Notes: generated by a model from the letters alone, not told the origin. A stretch of DNA of 64,000 bases from Candidatus Microgenomatus sp. (GCA_020724555.1 DYGT01000006.1:1649-65648); one strand, 5' to 3'. Counted from the stretch's first letter, positions 34,612-45,449 are shown. Numbers and translations are program-made.

Positions 34612-34692
34612 AAGGAAACTTCATCATTTAGCCGAACAATATTCTTTACTGGTTTTTGACACGACCAAGTGGTAGTCTAAAAAAATAATAAT

Positions 34693-35022
34693 ATGGCAAA
34701 AACCAAGTACCAAGAATACTATGAACTAATGATCGCGAACAACAAAGCTTTATTTGACGATTTCAAAATCATTCACGACCAATTTGTGCTTGAACCTCAA
34801 AAATACCAAGATGAATTTAATAAAAAGGGCGAAGAAATAATGAGGGTTGTTCACCAATGGGAAGACAGGCTTTGCAATCATTCAGAAGGAAGCGGTTATG
34901 GTTTATATAGCGCCAATTTAGCAGAAAAATTCAAAAACCAAATTAGAAAAAATTTTCCTAAATTCGACGAAATCGGAGTAAAAAGATCTTTCTTTTCTTT
35001 AAATAAAATCAGTCCGAAATAA
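34693..35022 (+). CDS. Hypothetical protein
   Basis: 109-aa ORF with plausible start; no motif. Confidence 0.4.
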   Translation: MAKTKYQEYYELMIANNKALFDDFKIIHDQFVLEPQKYQDEFNKKGEEIMRVVHQWEDRLCNHSEGSGYGLYSANLAEKFKNQIRKNFPKFDEIGVKRSFFSLNKISPK

Positions 35023-36199
35023 TCAAATAGACAGCTTTTGCTTTATCATCGGATAAATATAGCTCACCTGCCTTCCCAAATTCCAAATCAACCGGCCTGC
35101 CCAAGGCAGTTGTCCCTTGTAAAAAGCCGGTCAAAAAATCTTCCTCAGAAACAATATTCTCTCCCTCAACATCCAAGCGCACTACTTTATATCCAACCGG
35201 CGTGCTTCTATTCCAAGACCCATGGTACGCTACCAAAAGGTCTCCTTGCCAATTTTGTGGGAAAAGAGGAGAGTTAATAAAAACCAGACCCAATGGCGCG
35301 CTATGGGCCTCAATTTCATAAACGGGGGAGGCGGTTGAATCACAAAAAGATTGGTCACCATCCTTCATTGCCGGATCATATATCTTGTCTCCATAACAAT
35401 AAGGCCAACCATAATGTCCCTCTTTTATGATATTTATTTCATCCGGCGGCTTATCGTCACCTAAAAAATCTCTGCCCATTTCTACTCCCCACAGTTTATT
35501 TGTAGACGGGTTGACTTTTATAAACACTGCATTTCTCAAACCTTGGGCAAACACTTGAGGGTTGTCTCCGTTGGCATTTGATTTTATGACTGCCGCAAGC
35601 CACGGATGATTTTCCCGGCAGACATCACACGATGAACCAAGAGACACATACATCGATCCATCCGGTGTAAATTCAATAGTCCGGGTCCAGTGCCTGCCTC
35701 CGGCGGGTAAATCAAAAAGTTTTTTATCAAACTCGGCTGTTTTTTCATTTTCATTCCAAATATAGCGCACCACTTCCTCTTCTTCGGCAACGTACAATTT
35801 ATCTTCCCAAAATGCAAGTCCATGAGGTCTATTTAGCCCTTGCAATACCACTTTCTTTTCTTCGCTTGTGCCGTCTTTATCGCTGTCTATTAAAGCTAAT
35901 ACTTGGCCCTGATTGGGAATCGAAACCAATAAAGACCCTCCCGGCGTAATCTGTAAATCACGAGGGCTACCCGAACCCATCTCATCTGCAAAAACGCTAA
36001 TCCTAAACCCTGCCGGAAGCTTTAAAGGCACATCAAGAGGTTCGCCGCGCAGCCTTTGGTTTGTTTGCTTTACTTTATCGGCTGCGTTTTCGGTTACGGG
36101 CAACAAAGGCCTTAAGTCTCCTACTTCACGCCTCAATACATACCACACCCCAAGTATTCCAACTAAGATAAGAGCACTTATAAAAACCGCTTTTTTCAT
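35009..36199 (-). CDS. PQQ-dependent sugar dehydrogenase-like beta-propeller protein (sorbosone/glucose dehydrogenase family)
   Basis: N-terminal TM anchor; GLRNAVF...GWPYCYG and GRDFLGDDKPPDEIN are typical of soluble quinoprotein dehydrogenases. Confidence 0.65.
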   Translation of the reverse strand: MKKAVFISALILVGILGVWYVLRREVGDLRPLLPVTENAADKVKQTNQRLRGEPLDVPLKLPAGFRISVFADEMGSGSPRDLQITPGGSLLVSIPNQGQVLALIDSDKDGTSEEKKVVLQGLNRPHGLAFWEDKLYVAEEEEVVRYIWNENEKTAEFDKKLFDLPAGGRHWTRTIEFTPDGSMYVSLGSSCDVCRENHPWLAAVIKSNANGDNPQVFAQGLRNAVFIKVNPSTNKLWGVEMGRDFLGDDKPPDEINIIKEGHYGWPYCYGDKIYDPAMKDGDQSFCDSTASPVYEIEAHSAPLGLVFINSPLFPQNWQGDLLVAYHGSWNRSTPVGYKVVRLDVEGENIVSEEDFLTGFLQGTTALGRPVDLEFGKAGELYLSDDKAKAVYLIISD

Positions 36200-36612
36200 T
36201 CAAAATTGATGTCCCAATCCAAACTAGGAACTCTGAGCCTATCGTCTCGAAAATTAATTTCTTGAAGCTTTAACTCTATTGATTTAATTTTTTCTTCGAT
36301 CGCGAGCACCTCTTCATCTTCTGCATACAAAGACGGCTCTTTTGTATCTTCTACGTGAGTAGGAAACGGCGTGGGCGTAGGTTCTATGGGTGGCGTAGTT
36401 TCTGTCATAAAGTTTTGATAAACATAATAAATAATCAAAAAAGCCAAAACAACAATCAACACAATTACAGCTACTTTTATAATTAAATTTTTAATCCCGG
36501 AATTAAAGGAAAAATTAAATTTTGGAAAATTAAATCTTTTCGGCTTATCCGGTGCAACAACAACGGAAGCCTCCGGGATATGCGTGTGTGTTTGAGGATT
36601 ATTTTCTTCCAT
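36196..36612 (-). CDS. Membrane hypothetical protein
   Basis: 138 aa, one central TM (VAVIVLIVVLAFLIIYYV). Confidence 0.4.
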   Translation of the reverse strand: MEENNPQTHTHIPEASVVVAPDKPKRFNFPKFNFSFNSGIKNLIIKVAVIVLIVVLAFLIIYYVYQNFMTETTPPIEPTPTPFPTHVEDTKEPSLYAEDEEVLAIEEKIKSIELKLQEINFRDDRLRVPSLDWDINFE

Positions 36613-37427
36613 TATTTTGTCTTTATTTGTTTAATAATTTCAATCATATAGCTATTTGCCTCTCTTAAATATTGGTTAGCTTCCAGCAGATGCGTTAGCA
36701 CATTCTCATATTGCGATTTGCCTGTTTCCCGGCTTGATTGCGACTGAATTTGAAAAACCAAATTTTGTGCTTCTACTTCTTTATCCAAAGCCCTGATTAA
36801 TTTATTTTCAGTTTCCAGCACCCAACGCTCGGCAAAAGCAACATCGTGGTCTCCTTTTTGCCTAATTTCCTGAATTTTACCTTTAGTCTCGTTCAAGACT
36901 GCCGTCATGTCTTCACGCGTGCTTTTTAATTTGTAATAAGGAATGAGGCTTAAAGTCTCATAAGTAAGCCTTTGAGTAAACATAAACCTATCATAAGCTT
37001 CCTCTGAATCACTTTCTAAATCATTGAGTGTCCCCGCGCTCGGTATAGTGTCTTTGTGGTTTTCAAACCAGGCGATATCAGCATCTATTCGGGCAAAAAG
37101 ACTATTTTTAGCTTGTATATCCACCGCATCTTCTTCAAGCAAACGCATACGAAGCGCCCTAAGGTAAGTAATGACAACATCGTCCCGCGCCGCTAGCATA
37201 TTTACGGTTGCCAGCTGGGCTTTAGACTGCGATGTTAAAGTTTGCGCCTGTGAATATTGTGCTTTAGCAAGCAAATACTCTCCATGCGCATCTTGATATA
37301 AATCCGTCATATACACATAATCCTGGTATGCTTTCTCGTACGTGAACTCTTCTTCCTCGGCAAAAACCATATGAAATGAAAAAAACAGCACAAAAGTGGA
37401 TAGGCCTAAGGCAGATAATTTTCGCAT
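36612..37427 (-). CDS. Secreted coiled-coil hypothetical protein
   Basis: Signal peptide then helical Gln/Glu-rich body. Confidence 0.45.
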   Translation of the reverse strand: MRKLSALGLSTFVLFFSFHMVFAEEEEFTYEKAYQDYVYMTDLYQDAHGEYLLAKAQYSQAQTLTSQSKAQLATVNMLAARDDVVITYLRALRMRLLEEDAVDIQAKNSLFARIDADIAWFENHKDTIPSAGTLNDLESDSEEAYDRFMFTQRLTYETLSLIPYYKLKSTREDMTAVLNETKGKIQEIRQKGDHDVAFAERWVLETENKLIRALDKEVEAQNLVFQIQSQSSRETGKSQYENVLTHLLEANQYLREANSYMIEIIKQIKTK

Positions 37428-37452
37428 ATTTTATTTTATAACAAAAGCATAC

Positions 37453-38883
37453 TTACGCCACGGGCTTTAACTGAAAACCATCCTGACCGTCAATTATTTC
37501 CCAGCCCATTTGCTGCAATTGAATCCTTATTTCATCTGCTTTGCCAAAATTATTCTCTCTTCTAAACGTTTCCCTCTTTTGTGCCAAATCAATTACTTTT
37601 TGGGGTATTTTTACTTCTTCTATATTTATGTTTCTCATATTAAGGCCAAAGACTTCGTCAAATAGATATAATAAGTCCAACTTATCTTCCGAGGGAATGT
37701 TGCTTTTTACCATGTCCCACATTATTGCCAATGCCTGTGGCATATTAAGATCGTTATTAACAGCCTTTAAAAATTCACTTCTATATCCATCTACTTTTTC
37801 CAACTTATCCTGGGATAATTGCTTTCGTTCACTTGCTGATGGATTTTTAAGATCAAGCACAATTGAACGCAAACGCTCAAGCGACTTTTCTGAAGCCGCG
37901 AGCGCTTCCCAGGTAAAATTTAAAGGTTTTCGGTAATGGCCGGTTAAATAAAAATAGCGCAAACTCAAATACCCAAACCCCTTTTCAGCTACATCCCAAA
38001 GTGTATACGCATTTCCCAAACTTTTACCCATCCTTCCCCCATCCACAGTTAAAAAGGCGCCGTGCACCCAATATTTTACAAAAGGTTTTTTACCGGTGGC
38101 TGCTTCGGATTGGGCAATTTCATTTGGGTGGTGAGTGCTTCTCAGGTCTTCCCCTCCCACATGAACATCAAACTGATCACCCAAGTACTTGGTACTCATG
38201 GCAGAGCACTCAATATGCCAACCCGGAAACCCTACACCCCAAGGGCTTTCCCATTCCATTTGTCTTTTAGTGTCAGTGGGGGAAAACTTCCATAAAGCAA
38301 AATCTCGAGGATCCTTTTTTTCAGGATTAGATTCAACCCTTACCCCTTCCTTAATTTGGTCTAACTCTGACAATTGCCCATATTTAAAACCTTTAGCTTC
38401 ATAAGCTTGAGTGTCAAAATAAATAGCATCTTGAGTTTTATAGGTAAAACCTTTTTCTTCGAGTTTTTGAATCATACTTATTTGTTCAGCGATATGGTTA
38501 GTAGCTTTGGGAATTATATTGGGACGAATAAGATTTAATTTTTCCAGTCCTTCCATAAAATCACTCGCATAAAAGTCTGCTATCTCCCAAGCAGATTTGT
38601 TTTCGCGTTTGGCTGCTTTTTCCATCCTGTCCTGTCCTTGATCTGCATCTCCTTCGTTGTCTCCGGTAAGATGTCCTACGTCCGTAATATTCATTACATA
38701 AGTCACATCGTAGCCGTTTAGCTTCATTGTTCTGAGTAAAAAATCGCCAAGCGTATACGTGCGCCAGTTGCCGATACTCACATAGTCATAAACCGTAGGG
38801 CCGCATGTATACATGCCGACTTTGGGCGGATTTAAGGGCTTAAATTCTTCAATTTTTTTGCTAAGCGAATTATATAACTTCAT
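37453..38883 (-). CDS. cysS: Cysteine--tRNA ligase (intact copy)
   Basis: 476 aa; HIGH-region CGPTVYDYVSIGNWRT, zinc Cys, KMSKS (GRMGKSLGN), C-terminal anticodon-binding domain. Confidence 0.9.
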   Translation of the reverse strand: MKLYNSLSKKIEEFKPLNPPKVGMYTCGPTVYDYVSIGNWRTYTLGDFLLRTMKLNGYDVTYVMNITDVGHLTGDNEGDADQGQDRMEKAAKRENKSAWEIADFYASDFMEGLEKLNLIRPNIIPKATNHIAEQISMIQKLEEKGFTYKTQDAIYFDTQAYEAKGFKYGQLSELDQIKEGVRVESNPEKKDPRDFALWKFSPTDTKRQMEWESPWGVGFPGWHIECSAMSTKYLGDQFDVHVGGEDLRSTHHPNEIAQSEAATGKKPFVKYWVHGAFLTVDGGRMGKSLGNAYTLWDVAEKGFGYLSLRYFYLTGHYRKPLNFTWEALAASEKSLERLRSIVLDLKNPSASERKQLSQDKLEKVDGYRSEFLKAVNNDLNMPQALAIMWDMVKSNIPSEDKLDLLYLFDEVFGLNMRNINIEEVKIPQKVIDLAQKRETFRRENNFGKADEIRIQLQQMGWEIIDGQDGFQLKPVA

Positions 38884-38907
38884 GCCCTATTGTAACATTT
38901 GTAACAT

Positions 38908-39378
38908 TTAACCTTTTTTTCTTCCGGTTTCGCTTTTTGTAACTTTATTTTTAATAGCACTAAACACGCCACTGCGTTTTTTACTTCCGGTTTCAATCGC
39001 CGGCCGGTAAGGCTGTTCTTCTTTTTTGTCTCCCCTAAGTGCTTGGTCCGACGCTTTTTCCCATTCTTCACTTTTTTGCCGGGATACGTAAGCTGCTTGT
39101 TGTAATTCCTGCTCTTGTAAAGCCGCCAAACGCCTCTGGAGTGATTCTAATTTTGCCCGATTTTCCTGATCATGTACTTGGCGATCGTAGCTGGCATTTG
39201 CCATCTCTTGAGCCATATTGGTGACGTACTCGCTCCTACCCTGTCGGTCAGCAATCTCAGGCAACCCAAATTGCTTTTGTACTGATTTGATTGTTTCTAA
39301 AGCTTCATCGGTTGCCAGTGCTTTTGCGGCTTGCATCCCCCTTTTAACCTGAGTTGTCGTGGTTTTTTTGATATCCAT
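38908..39378 (-). CDS. Hypothetical charged coiled-coil protein
   Basis: 156-aa ORF downstream of recR. Confidence 0.4.
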   Translation of the reverse strand: MDIKKTTTTQVKRGMQAAKALATDEALETIKSVQKQFGLPEIADRQGRSEYVTNMAQEMANASYDRQVHDQENRAKLESLQRRLAALQEQELQQAAYVSRQKSEEWEKASDQALRGDKKEEQPYRPAIETGSKKRSGVFSAIKNKVTKSETGRKKG

Positions 39379-39380
39379 GT

Positions 39381-40013
39381 TTAAATATTTTTTCTGCCTT
39401 CAAATGCCTGTGATAGTGTATTTTCATCTGCAAATTCCAGATACGCGCCGGTCGGTACCCCCACACCCAAACGGCTCAAGACAATCTTCCTGCCGTTTCC
39501 GTTTTTTTCTGCAATAATCTTTTTTACTTCTTTGGCTATATACATACTCGTTGCCTCGCCTTCCATCGTAGGATTAGTGGCAACGATTACTTCAAGCTCA
39601 TTTGGTGCATTTTTAATCCGGGAAAAAAGGTCGTCCAAAAAAATTTCGTCCGGTCCGATGTTATCCAAAGGATTGATGCTTCCATGAAGGACATGGTAAA
39701 GACCAAAGTATTTTCCCGTTTTTTCAAACGCAACAACATCCAACGGTTGCTCAACCACTAAAATTTGGGCCTGATTTCTATTCCTGTCACTGCAAATAGC
39801 GCAAGGGCTTGTTTCAGAAACACTTTTACATATTTCGCATAGCACCGTATCGCGCTTAACACGCTCGAGGGCATCGGCAAAACTATCGAGCTCGCTCTGT
39901 GGTACATGAAGCAGATAATAAGACAGCCGTTCAGCGGTCCTGGGCCCGATACCCGGTAACTTTTGAAAAGAATCTATTAGCTTTTGTAAAGGTTTAACGC
40001 TCTTCATATTCAA
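39381..40013 (-). CDS. recR: Recombination protein RecR
   Basis: HhH N-terminus, C4 zinc finger CEICKSVSETSPCAICSD, Toprim domain; sits in the dnaX-ybaB-recR arrangement. Confidence 0.9.
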   Translation of the reverse strand: MNMKSVKPLQKLIDSFQKLPGIGPRTAERLSYYLLHVPQSELDSFADALERVKRDTVLCEICKSVSETSPCAICSDRNRNQAQILVVEQPLDVVAFEKTGKYFGLYHVLHGSINPLDNIGPDEIFLDDLFSRIKNAPNELEVIVATNPTMEGEATSMYIAKEVKKIIAEKNGNGRKIVLSRLGVGVPTGAYLEFADENTLSQAFEGRKNI

Positions 40014-40068
40014 AGGTAATTCTAACAGGTTTTGTTAATTTTATATAACCTAACCCCTTTTAAAAAAA

Positions 40069-40371
40069 TTATTGGAGTTTTCCCAGAAGTCCGCCCATGC
40101 CACCCATCTGGCCCATCATCTTTTTCTGGATTTCTTTTTGCGATTTTTCAAAGGCTTTATTGATGACCTTAACCAGCTCACTTTTTGGCTCACCATCGAT
40201 TTCCAAATATGCAATCTTCATATCTCCCGTAACCTTAACAACAATATTTTTATCCTCATGTCTAAACTGCATCGCTGCCAATTCTTTTTGCAATATTTCC
40301 ATTTGGGCGATTTCTTTTTCAGAAATTCCCAAAGCTTTTGATGCTGCTTTTCGTTTTACTTTTCCTAGCAT
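40069..40371 (-). CDS. ybaB: Nucleoid-associated protein YbaB/EbfC
   Basis: 100 aa, typical YbaB sequence between dnaX and recR. Confidence 0.85.
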   Translation of the reverse strand: MLGKVKRKAASKALGISEKEIAQMEILQKELAAMQFRHEDKNIVVKVTGDMKIAYLEIDGEPKSELVKVINKAFEKSQKEIQKKMMGQMGGMGGLLGKLQ

Positions 40372-41877
40372 TTAATCTCCAAAGATTTCCTTTGCAGCTT
40401 GAATAATATCATCTTCATGGGTCTCAGTCAAAGGCGGATCAGGTGAAATTGATTCGCGTCTCTCCGTTACCTCATAGGAGACGTGTACACCTGTACCCAG
40501 GATGCTCCTGCAAATTTGCTCAAACATCAGTCTATTTTTTTGCATTTCCAACTGTTCTTTGTGAAAACGGTAATAAACGCCGATTTTTAAATTTTCTCCA
40601 TCAAAATTAAGCAAATAAGCTGAGCGTAAAAGTGCCTCAATCGTAGTATTTTTGCCGCTTACTTCTTCCAAAATCTTATTCCAGACATTTTTATCCATAT
40701 TTTTTTCATGACCGTTTCCGTTGACTTTGGTATCTACCGATGCCGCCTTTTTTTTGACTTTATCGCTCATATTTTGATTCTCATCCGGGGCAGGATTTGA
40801 GACTTTTTTTCTTTGTGCTTCTCCATAGGTGATTACGGCCAGCTCCAATGGAAGGCTAGCGATCGGGCTAATTCGCAAATTGTTTCTCGCTTTAAATAAT
40901 AATTCAATTAATTTATAAGTTCCGTCAGAATCAATTTTATATGCAGGTTTACCATCTAGTTGAAGCGATAACAAATGGTCTCTAAGTAGAATAATCAACT
41001 GATCTACAAGGTCTTTTATCGACCCGTTGGCTTGGCAATAAATTTTAATCTCCTTAAGCGCCGCATTTATTTCACCATTTGCGACGTTTTTTAATATTTT
41101 TTCTGATATCTCAGACGAGCCCCCTCCTCCTTGAAGAATTTCTTTTATTTTTGATATATCGTCGGGTAAACCGGCAGATATTAAAGTTTCTAAATTCTTT
41201 GCCGCATCGCGGAAAGAACCCCCCGACGCTTGCGCAATAAGTTTAAGGGTCTCACGACCAAGCTTTAATTTTTCTCCTTTAGAAATTCTTTTTAACTGCC
41301 GGATAATTTCATCCTCCCCTGCTTGATTAAAAACGATTTGGGTTAGGCGCGAACGGACGGTTTCCGGAAGTTTTTGTGGATCGGTTGTAGCTAAAATAAA
41401 AATTACGTGGCTTGGTGGCTCCTCAAGGGTTTTTAAAAAAGCATTAGAAGCTTCAAGGGTTAGCATGTGGGCTTCATCTAAAATATATATTTTTTTTAAC
41501 CCAGAAGTCGGAGCCAGGGCAATATTCTCACGCAAGGAGCGAATATCGTCTATTCCCCTGTGGCTTGCTGCATCCAATTCCACCACATCCATGTGAGTAC
41601 CCTTAGTAATCCTTAAACAGGCCTCACATTTATTGCATGGTTCAGCGGGTTTATTTTTATTTTTCTCGCAATTTATGGCCTTTGCCAGAATCCGTGCGGC
41701 AGACGTTTTACCTACCCCCTTGGGGCCGGAAAATAAAAATGCATGCGGGAGATTACCCGAATTTATTATCTCCAAAAGCTTTGTACGGGCCTGAGTGCTG
41801 TCAAGTTCAGAAATAGTTTGCGGGCGGTATTTTAAATAAAGGGTCATTTTATATATATTAATCGTGGTGAATGCCAA
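40372..41877 (-). CDS. dnaX: DNA polymerase III subunit gamma/tau
   Basis: AAA+ Walker A GPKGVGKTSAARILAKAINCE, zinc module CNKCEAC, DEAH box ILDEAHML. Confidence 0.9.
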   Translation of the reverse strand: MAFTTINIYKMTLYLKYRPQTISELDSTQARTKLLEIINSGNLPHAFLFSGPKGVGKTSAARILAKAINCEKNKNKPAEPCNKCEACLRITKGTHMDVVELDAASHRGIDDIRSLRENIALAPTSGLKKIYILDEAHMLTLEASNAFLKTLEEPPSHVIFILATTDPQKLPETVRSRLTQIVFNQAGEDEIIRQLKRISKGEKLKLGRETLKLIAQASGGSFRDAAKNLETLISAGLPDDISKIKEILQGGGGSSEISEKILKNVANGEINAALKEIKIYCQANGSIKDLVDQLIILLRDHLLSLQLDGKPAYKIDSDGTYKLIELLFKARNNLRISPIASLPLELAVITYGEAQRKKVSNPAPDENQNMSDKVKKKAASVDTKVNGNGHEKNMDKNVWNKILEEVSGKNTTIEALLRSAYLLNFDGENLKIGVYYRFHKEQLEMQKNRLMFEQICRSILGTGVHVSYEVTERRESISPDPPLTETHEDDIIQAAKEIFGD

Positions 41878-42256
41878 TTAAATGTAACGCGCCGTGGCAG
41901 GCCAGATCAACTACCACATCGTCAACCAGCCGGTTTTCTTTTTTCGCATACTCCACTGCTTTTTGGTAAGAAACGACAATTTCTCCCAGATGGAGCGTTT
42001 TATCCGGTGGAAATTGAAAAGGCCCTTTCAGTTCTGCTGTGGGAAAAGACAAAACCGGGTGCATCGCCGCCGTACCCACTTCTTCTTTCAAATAATCAAG
42101 GGCATATTCAATCATTTTACTATGGCTTACGATAGCCACAGAAGCCTCGGCTTCGGATTGGAGCCCGTTGTCCAAAAAAGTTTTTACCACAGCATCTTTC
42201 ACCTTTTTTGCACTGACCGGATAATTTGATTGTTTATATATGTTTACAGTAATCAT
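41858..42256 (-). CDS. ybeY: Endoribonuclease YbeY (rRNA maturation factor)
   Basis: C-terminal HGALHLIGIHHD zinc motif (H3xH5xH). Confidence 0.85.
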   Translation of the reverse strand: MITVNIYKQSNYPVSAKKVKDAVVKTFLDNGLQSEAEASVAIVSHSKMIEYALDYLKEEVGTAAMHPVLSFPTAELKGPFQFPPDKTLHLGEIVVSYQKAVEYAKKENRLVDDVVVDLACHGALHLIGIHHD

Positions 42257-42699
42257 CCCAACTTTTCTTTCACCAAAGCTGCTACCCGCGCCCCATCCGC
42301 ACGCCCGTGAGATCTTCTCACTACTTGTCCGATAACTTGTCCCATTTGCGAAAGCCCGCTGGCACCTGTTTCTGCCAATACTTCTTCTACCAATTTTTCC
42401 AAGTCCTCATCACTCATCTCCTCGGGTAAATACTCTTTTAAAATCTGCATTTCCTGTTTTTCTTGTTCGGCAAGCTCGGCTCTCCCCGCTTTTTCATAAG
42501 CTTCGATAGCCTCCACCCGTTTTTTTACTTCTTTGCGGACAACCGCCAGCTCGTCTTCTTCGTTCATGTCTGGCTTGTCTATTTTTACGTTTCTAAGCTC
42601 GCTTAAAAGCATCCGAAGGGTGGACACACGCACCCTATCTCTGGCCTTCATGGCTTTACTAATTTGTGCTGTTAGTTGGTCTACTATGATTTTTGCCAT
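42253..42699 (-). CDS. GatB/YqeY-domain protein
   Basis: 148 aa with the conserved YqeY N- and C-terminal helices. Confidence 0.8.
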   Translation of the reverse strand: MAKIIVDQLTAQISKAMKARDRVRVSTLRMLLSELRNVKIDKPDMNEEDELAVVRKEVKKRVEAIEAYEKAGRAELAEQEKQEMQILKEYLPEEMSDEDLEKLVEEVLAETGASGLSQMGQVIGQVVRRSHGRADGARVAALVKEKLG

Positions 42700-43044
42700 T
42701 TATGTTTGGTCGAGAGCTTGTTTTCCTCCGACAAATTCCCCTCCCAAAAGATGCCAATGCAAATGTGAAACCGTCTGAAATTTCCCCCCGTTAAATACCA
42801 ATCTATAGGCATCTTCTAATTTTTTACTTTTGATTATTTGTTGGGCAGCTTTCGCCAGGAACACCAAAACATCGTTATTATCCAATTCCATAAATGACTC
42901 TATGTGTTTTTTGGGTACTACTAAAATATGTGTTTCTGCAATAGGTTTTATACTATCGAACGCAATTATATTTTCGTCTTCATACCAAATTGTGGCGGGT
43001 GCTTCGCCTTTGACTATTTTGCAAAAAATGCAATCTTTTTCCAT
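42700..43044 (-). CDS. HIT-family (histidine triad) protein
   Basis: HLHWHLL histidine-triad motif, CIFCKIV N-terminus. Confidence 0.85.
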   Translation of the reverse strand: MEKDCIFCKIVKGEAPATIWYEDENIIAFDSIKPIAETHILVVPKKHIESFMELDNNDVLVFLAKAAQQIIKSKKLEDAYRLVFNGGKFQTVSHLHWHLLGGEFVGGKQALDQT

Positions 43045-43096
43045 GTTGCCACCAGTATAGTATTGGAGTAAATTTCTCTCAAGTGGTCAAAAGGAG

Positions 43097-44320
43097 TCAC
43101 TTTAATTTATTCAAAACTTGTTCCAAGTCAAGGTACTCAGTGCCGTCGGAATTTCTCATTTTCCATTCATACTTCTCACCGGTTTTTTCTGAAGATACAA
43201 GCCTTACCGGAATTCCGATCAAATCCGCGTCTGCAAATTTTTCTCCGGCCCCTGTTTGTCTGTCATCCCAAAGCACTTCCACTCCCAGCTCTATAAGAGA
43301 ATCATAAATAGCTTGCCCACGTCCACCCGGCAGATCAATTAGATGAACTGCAAAAGGAGAAATCTCGGGACTCCAGATAATGCCGCGTTCATCATGGCTC
43401 ACTTCCACCCAAGCACCCATGGTGCGCGTTGTCCCGATTCCGTAACTGCCCAGATAAGGATATTTTTTATAGCCGTTTTCATCGGTATACGTAAAATTCA
43501 TTTTCTCACTGTAGCTTGTGCCAAAACGAAAAATATTTCCCACTTCTATCGATTTACTGGAGCCGATAATCCCTTCCTTGCATTTTGGACAAACACCCCC
43601 CTCTTTTAGTTTGAAAATCTCTTTATTTTGAGCCCAATCACATTTATCGCAGTAATAAACAAAATCTTCTCCGGAGTCTGCAAATACCTGCATTTCATGG
43701 GTGATGCCCTCGGTAAAAACTCCACCACCGGCTTCGACTACATGCATATCGAAACCTATACAGGCAAAGATATTTTTGTATGCTTCCGCCACTTTCCAAT
43801 AGTATTCATCCAAATCATCCTGACTGGCGTGGATACTATACAAATCCTTCATCATAAATTCCCTTCCACGCAAAACACCCGATTTGGCTCTAAGCTCATT
43901 TCTGAATTTTGTAGAAAAATGATAAAGTGCAAGCGGTAAGTCCTGATACGAAAAAACGTGCTTTCTTGCGAGGTCTAAAAAGATTTCCTCATGTGTAAAA
44001 GACAAAGCAAAATCGCGTTTTCTGGCATCGGTAAGCTTATACATAATTTCATCTGCCTTGTCCCACCTACCAGTTTCATTCCAGATATTTTTAGGGTGCA
44101 TTAGTGGCATCAAAATTTCCTGCGCCCCGATTTTGTTTAGCTCTTCAGAAATAATTTTATTAATTTTATTAACCACCTTTTTCCCCATGGGCATAAGCGT
44201 CCATGAACCTGCCATCATTTGGTCAACAAAACCTGCACGGACCAACAACTTGTGGTTGACGCTTTCTGCACCTTTTGGTGCTTCTTTAAGAGTTTTTGGG
44301 AAAAGTTCCGACTGTCGCAT
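43097..44320 (-). CDS. proS: Proline--tRNA ligase (short form lacking editing insertion)
   Basis: Class II motif 2 FSTKFRNELRAKSGVLRGREFMMKD (cf. TKFRDE...RxREFxMKD of ProRS), C-terminal anticodon-binding domain. Confidence 0.8.
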   Translation of the reverse strand: MRQSELFPKTLKEAPKGAESVNHKLLVRAGFVDQMMAGSWTLMPMGKKVVNKINKIISEELNKIGAQEILMPLMHPKNIWNETGRWDKADEIMYKLTDARKRDFALSFTHEEIFLDLARKHVFSYQDLPLALYHFSTKFRNELRAKSGVLRGREFMMKDLYSIHASQDDLDEYYWKVAEAYKNIFACIGFDMHVVEAGGGVFTEGITHEMQVFADSGEDFVYYCDKCDWAQNKEIFKLKEGGVCPKCKEGIIGSSKSIEVGNIFRFGTSYSEKMNFTYTDENGYKKYPYLGSYGIGTTRTMGAWVEVSHDERGIIWSPEISPFAVHLIDLPGGRGQAIYDSLIELGVEVLWDDRQTGAGEKFADADLIGIPVRLVSSEKTGEKYEWKMRNSDGTEYLDLEQVLNKLK

Positions 44321-44332
44321 GAACCTAGTATA

Positions 44333-45448
44333 TCATTGCACTAGGCTCTCAACAAAAGCGCTCAGAGAGCCTGCCGAAATAAGCTTGGGGATTTCTCCGG
44401 CGGTCAACACCAACATCAACATTAACAAAATTACCATACCAATGGTGTGTATCATGGACTCAACCCGGGGTAACATCTTTTTACCTGCAACACCCTCGAC
44501 GATAATTATTAATAATCGGCTTCCATCCAAAGGAGGAAACGGCACTAAGTTTATTATTGCCAAATTTATGGAGATAATTGCAGTAAAATGCAGTAGATTA
44601 ACTAGCCCCGCCCGGGCAGCCTCGGCCCCAAGCCCAGCTGCACCGACAGGTCCCACCAAACCTTCCGGTTTAGTTCCAGAAACAACATCAACAATTAAAC
44701 CACCGAATGCTTCAATTATTTTTTCGGATAAATATGCGGCCTTGGTAAAACCATAGTAAAGATAAGTAAACGGCGCTTGCCACAAGGAAGGTGCCACTAT
44801 GCTTTCCGGTAAATATCCTACCCCCAACAGACCCCTTTCTTCAGAGTATTGTGAAGGAAGCGTTACTTCGGTCTCATAAGTTTTAATACTTCCGTTTTCT
44901 TCCCTTTCATATATTAAAGTGGCAGTTTTTCCTTTATTTAATTCAATCTCCGGTAAAAAAGATTCAGTTAGAGTTAGACGCTCTCCCCCCAGCGCCACGA
45001 TTACATCGCCTTCTTTAAGGCCCGCGCTTTGCGCCGGTGAATCCGTCAAAACGCTGCTAACTAACACTCCTTTGGCAACACCTCCAGCGTAAGCGTATAA
45101 AGCTGAAAATACGACTACAGCAAAAACAAAATTCATAAATACACCCGCCACAGCCACCAAAGCTTTAGCTAGCGGAGGTTTGTGAGAAAACGAACGTTCA
45201 GGGTATTTTGCCTTTTCACTGGGGTCTTCGCCATGCAATCTGACAAAACCTCCCAAAGGAAGCGCATTAAGCGAATAAAGGGTTTCACCGAATTTTTTAC
45301 CAAAAAGACGTGGAGGATATCCGATCCCAAATTCTTCAGGCCAAATACCCACCATTTTTGCCACCAAAAAATGTCCAAATTCATGGACTAATACTAAAAT
45401 TGAAAGCGCAATAAGCGCCATGATTAAAAGTGGAATTACAGTTGGCAT
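44333..45448 (-). CDS. rseP: RIP zinc metalloprotease RseP (site-2 protease, M50) with PDZ domain
   Basis: HEFGHFLVAK at N-terminus, central PDZ, C-terminal LDGSRL motif. Confidence 0.85.
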   Translation of the reverse strand: MPTVIPLLIMALIALSILVLVHEFGHFLVAKMVGIWPEEFGIGYPPRLFGKKFGETLYSLNALPLGGFVRLHGEDPSEKAKYPERSFSHKPPLAKALVAVAGVFMNFVFAVVVFSALYAYAGGVAKGVLVSSVLTDSPAQSAGLKEGDVIVALGGERLTLTESFLPEIELNKGKTATLIYEREENGSIKTYETEVTLPSQYSEERGLLGVGYLPESIVAPSLWQAPFTYLYYGFTKAAYLSEKIIEAFGGLIVDVVSGTKPEGLVGPVGAAGLGAEAARAGLVNLLHFTAIISINLAIINLVPFPPLDGSRLLIIIVEGVAGKKMLPRVESMIHTIGMVILLMLMLVLTAGEIPKLISAGSLSAFVESLVQ

Positions 45449-45449
45449 A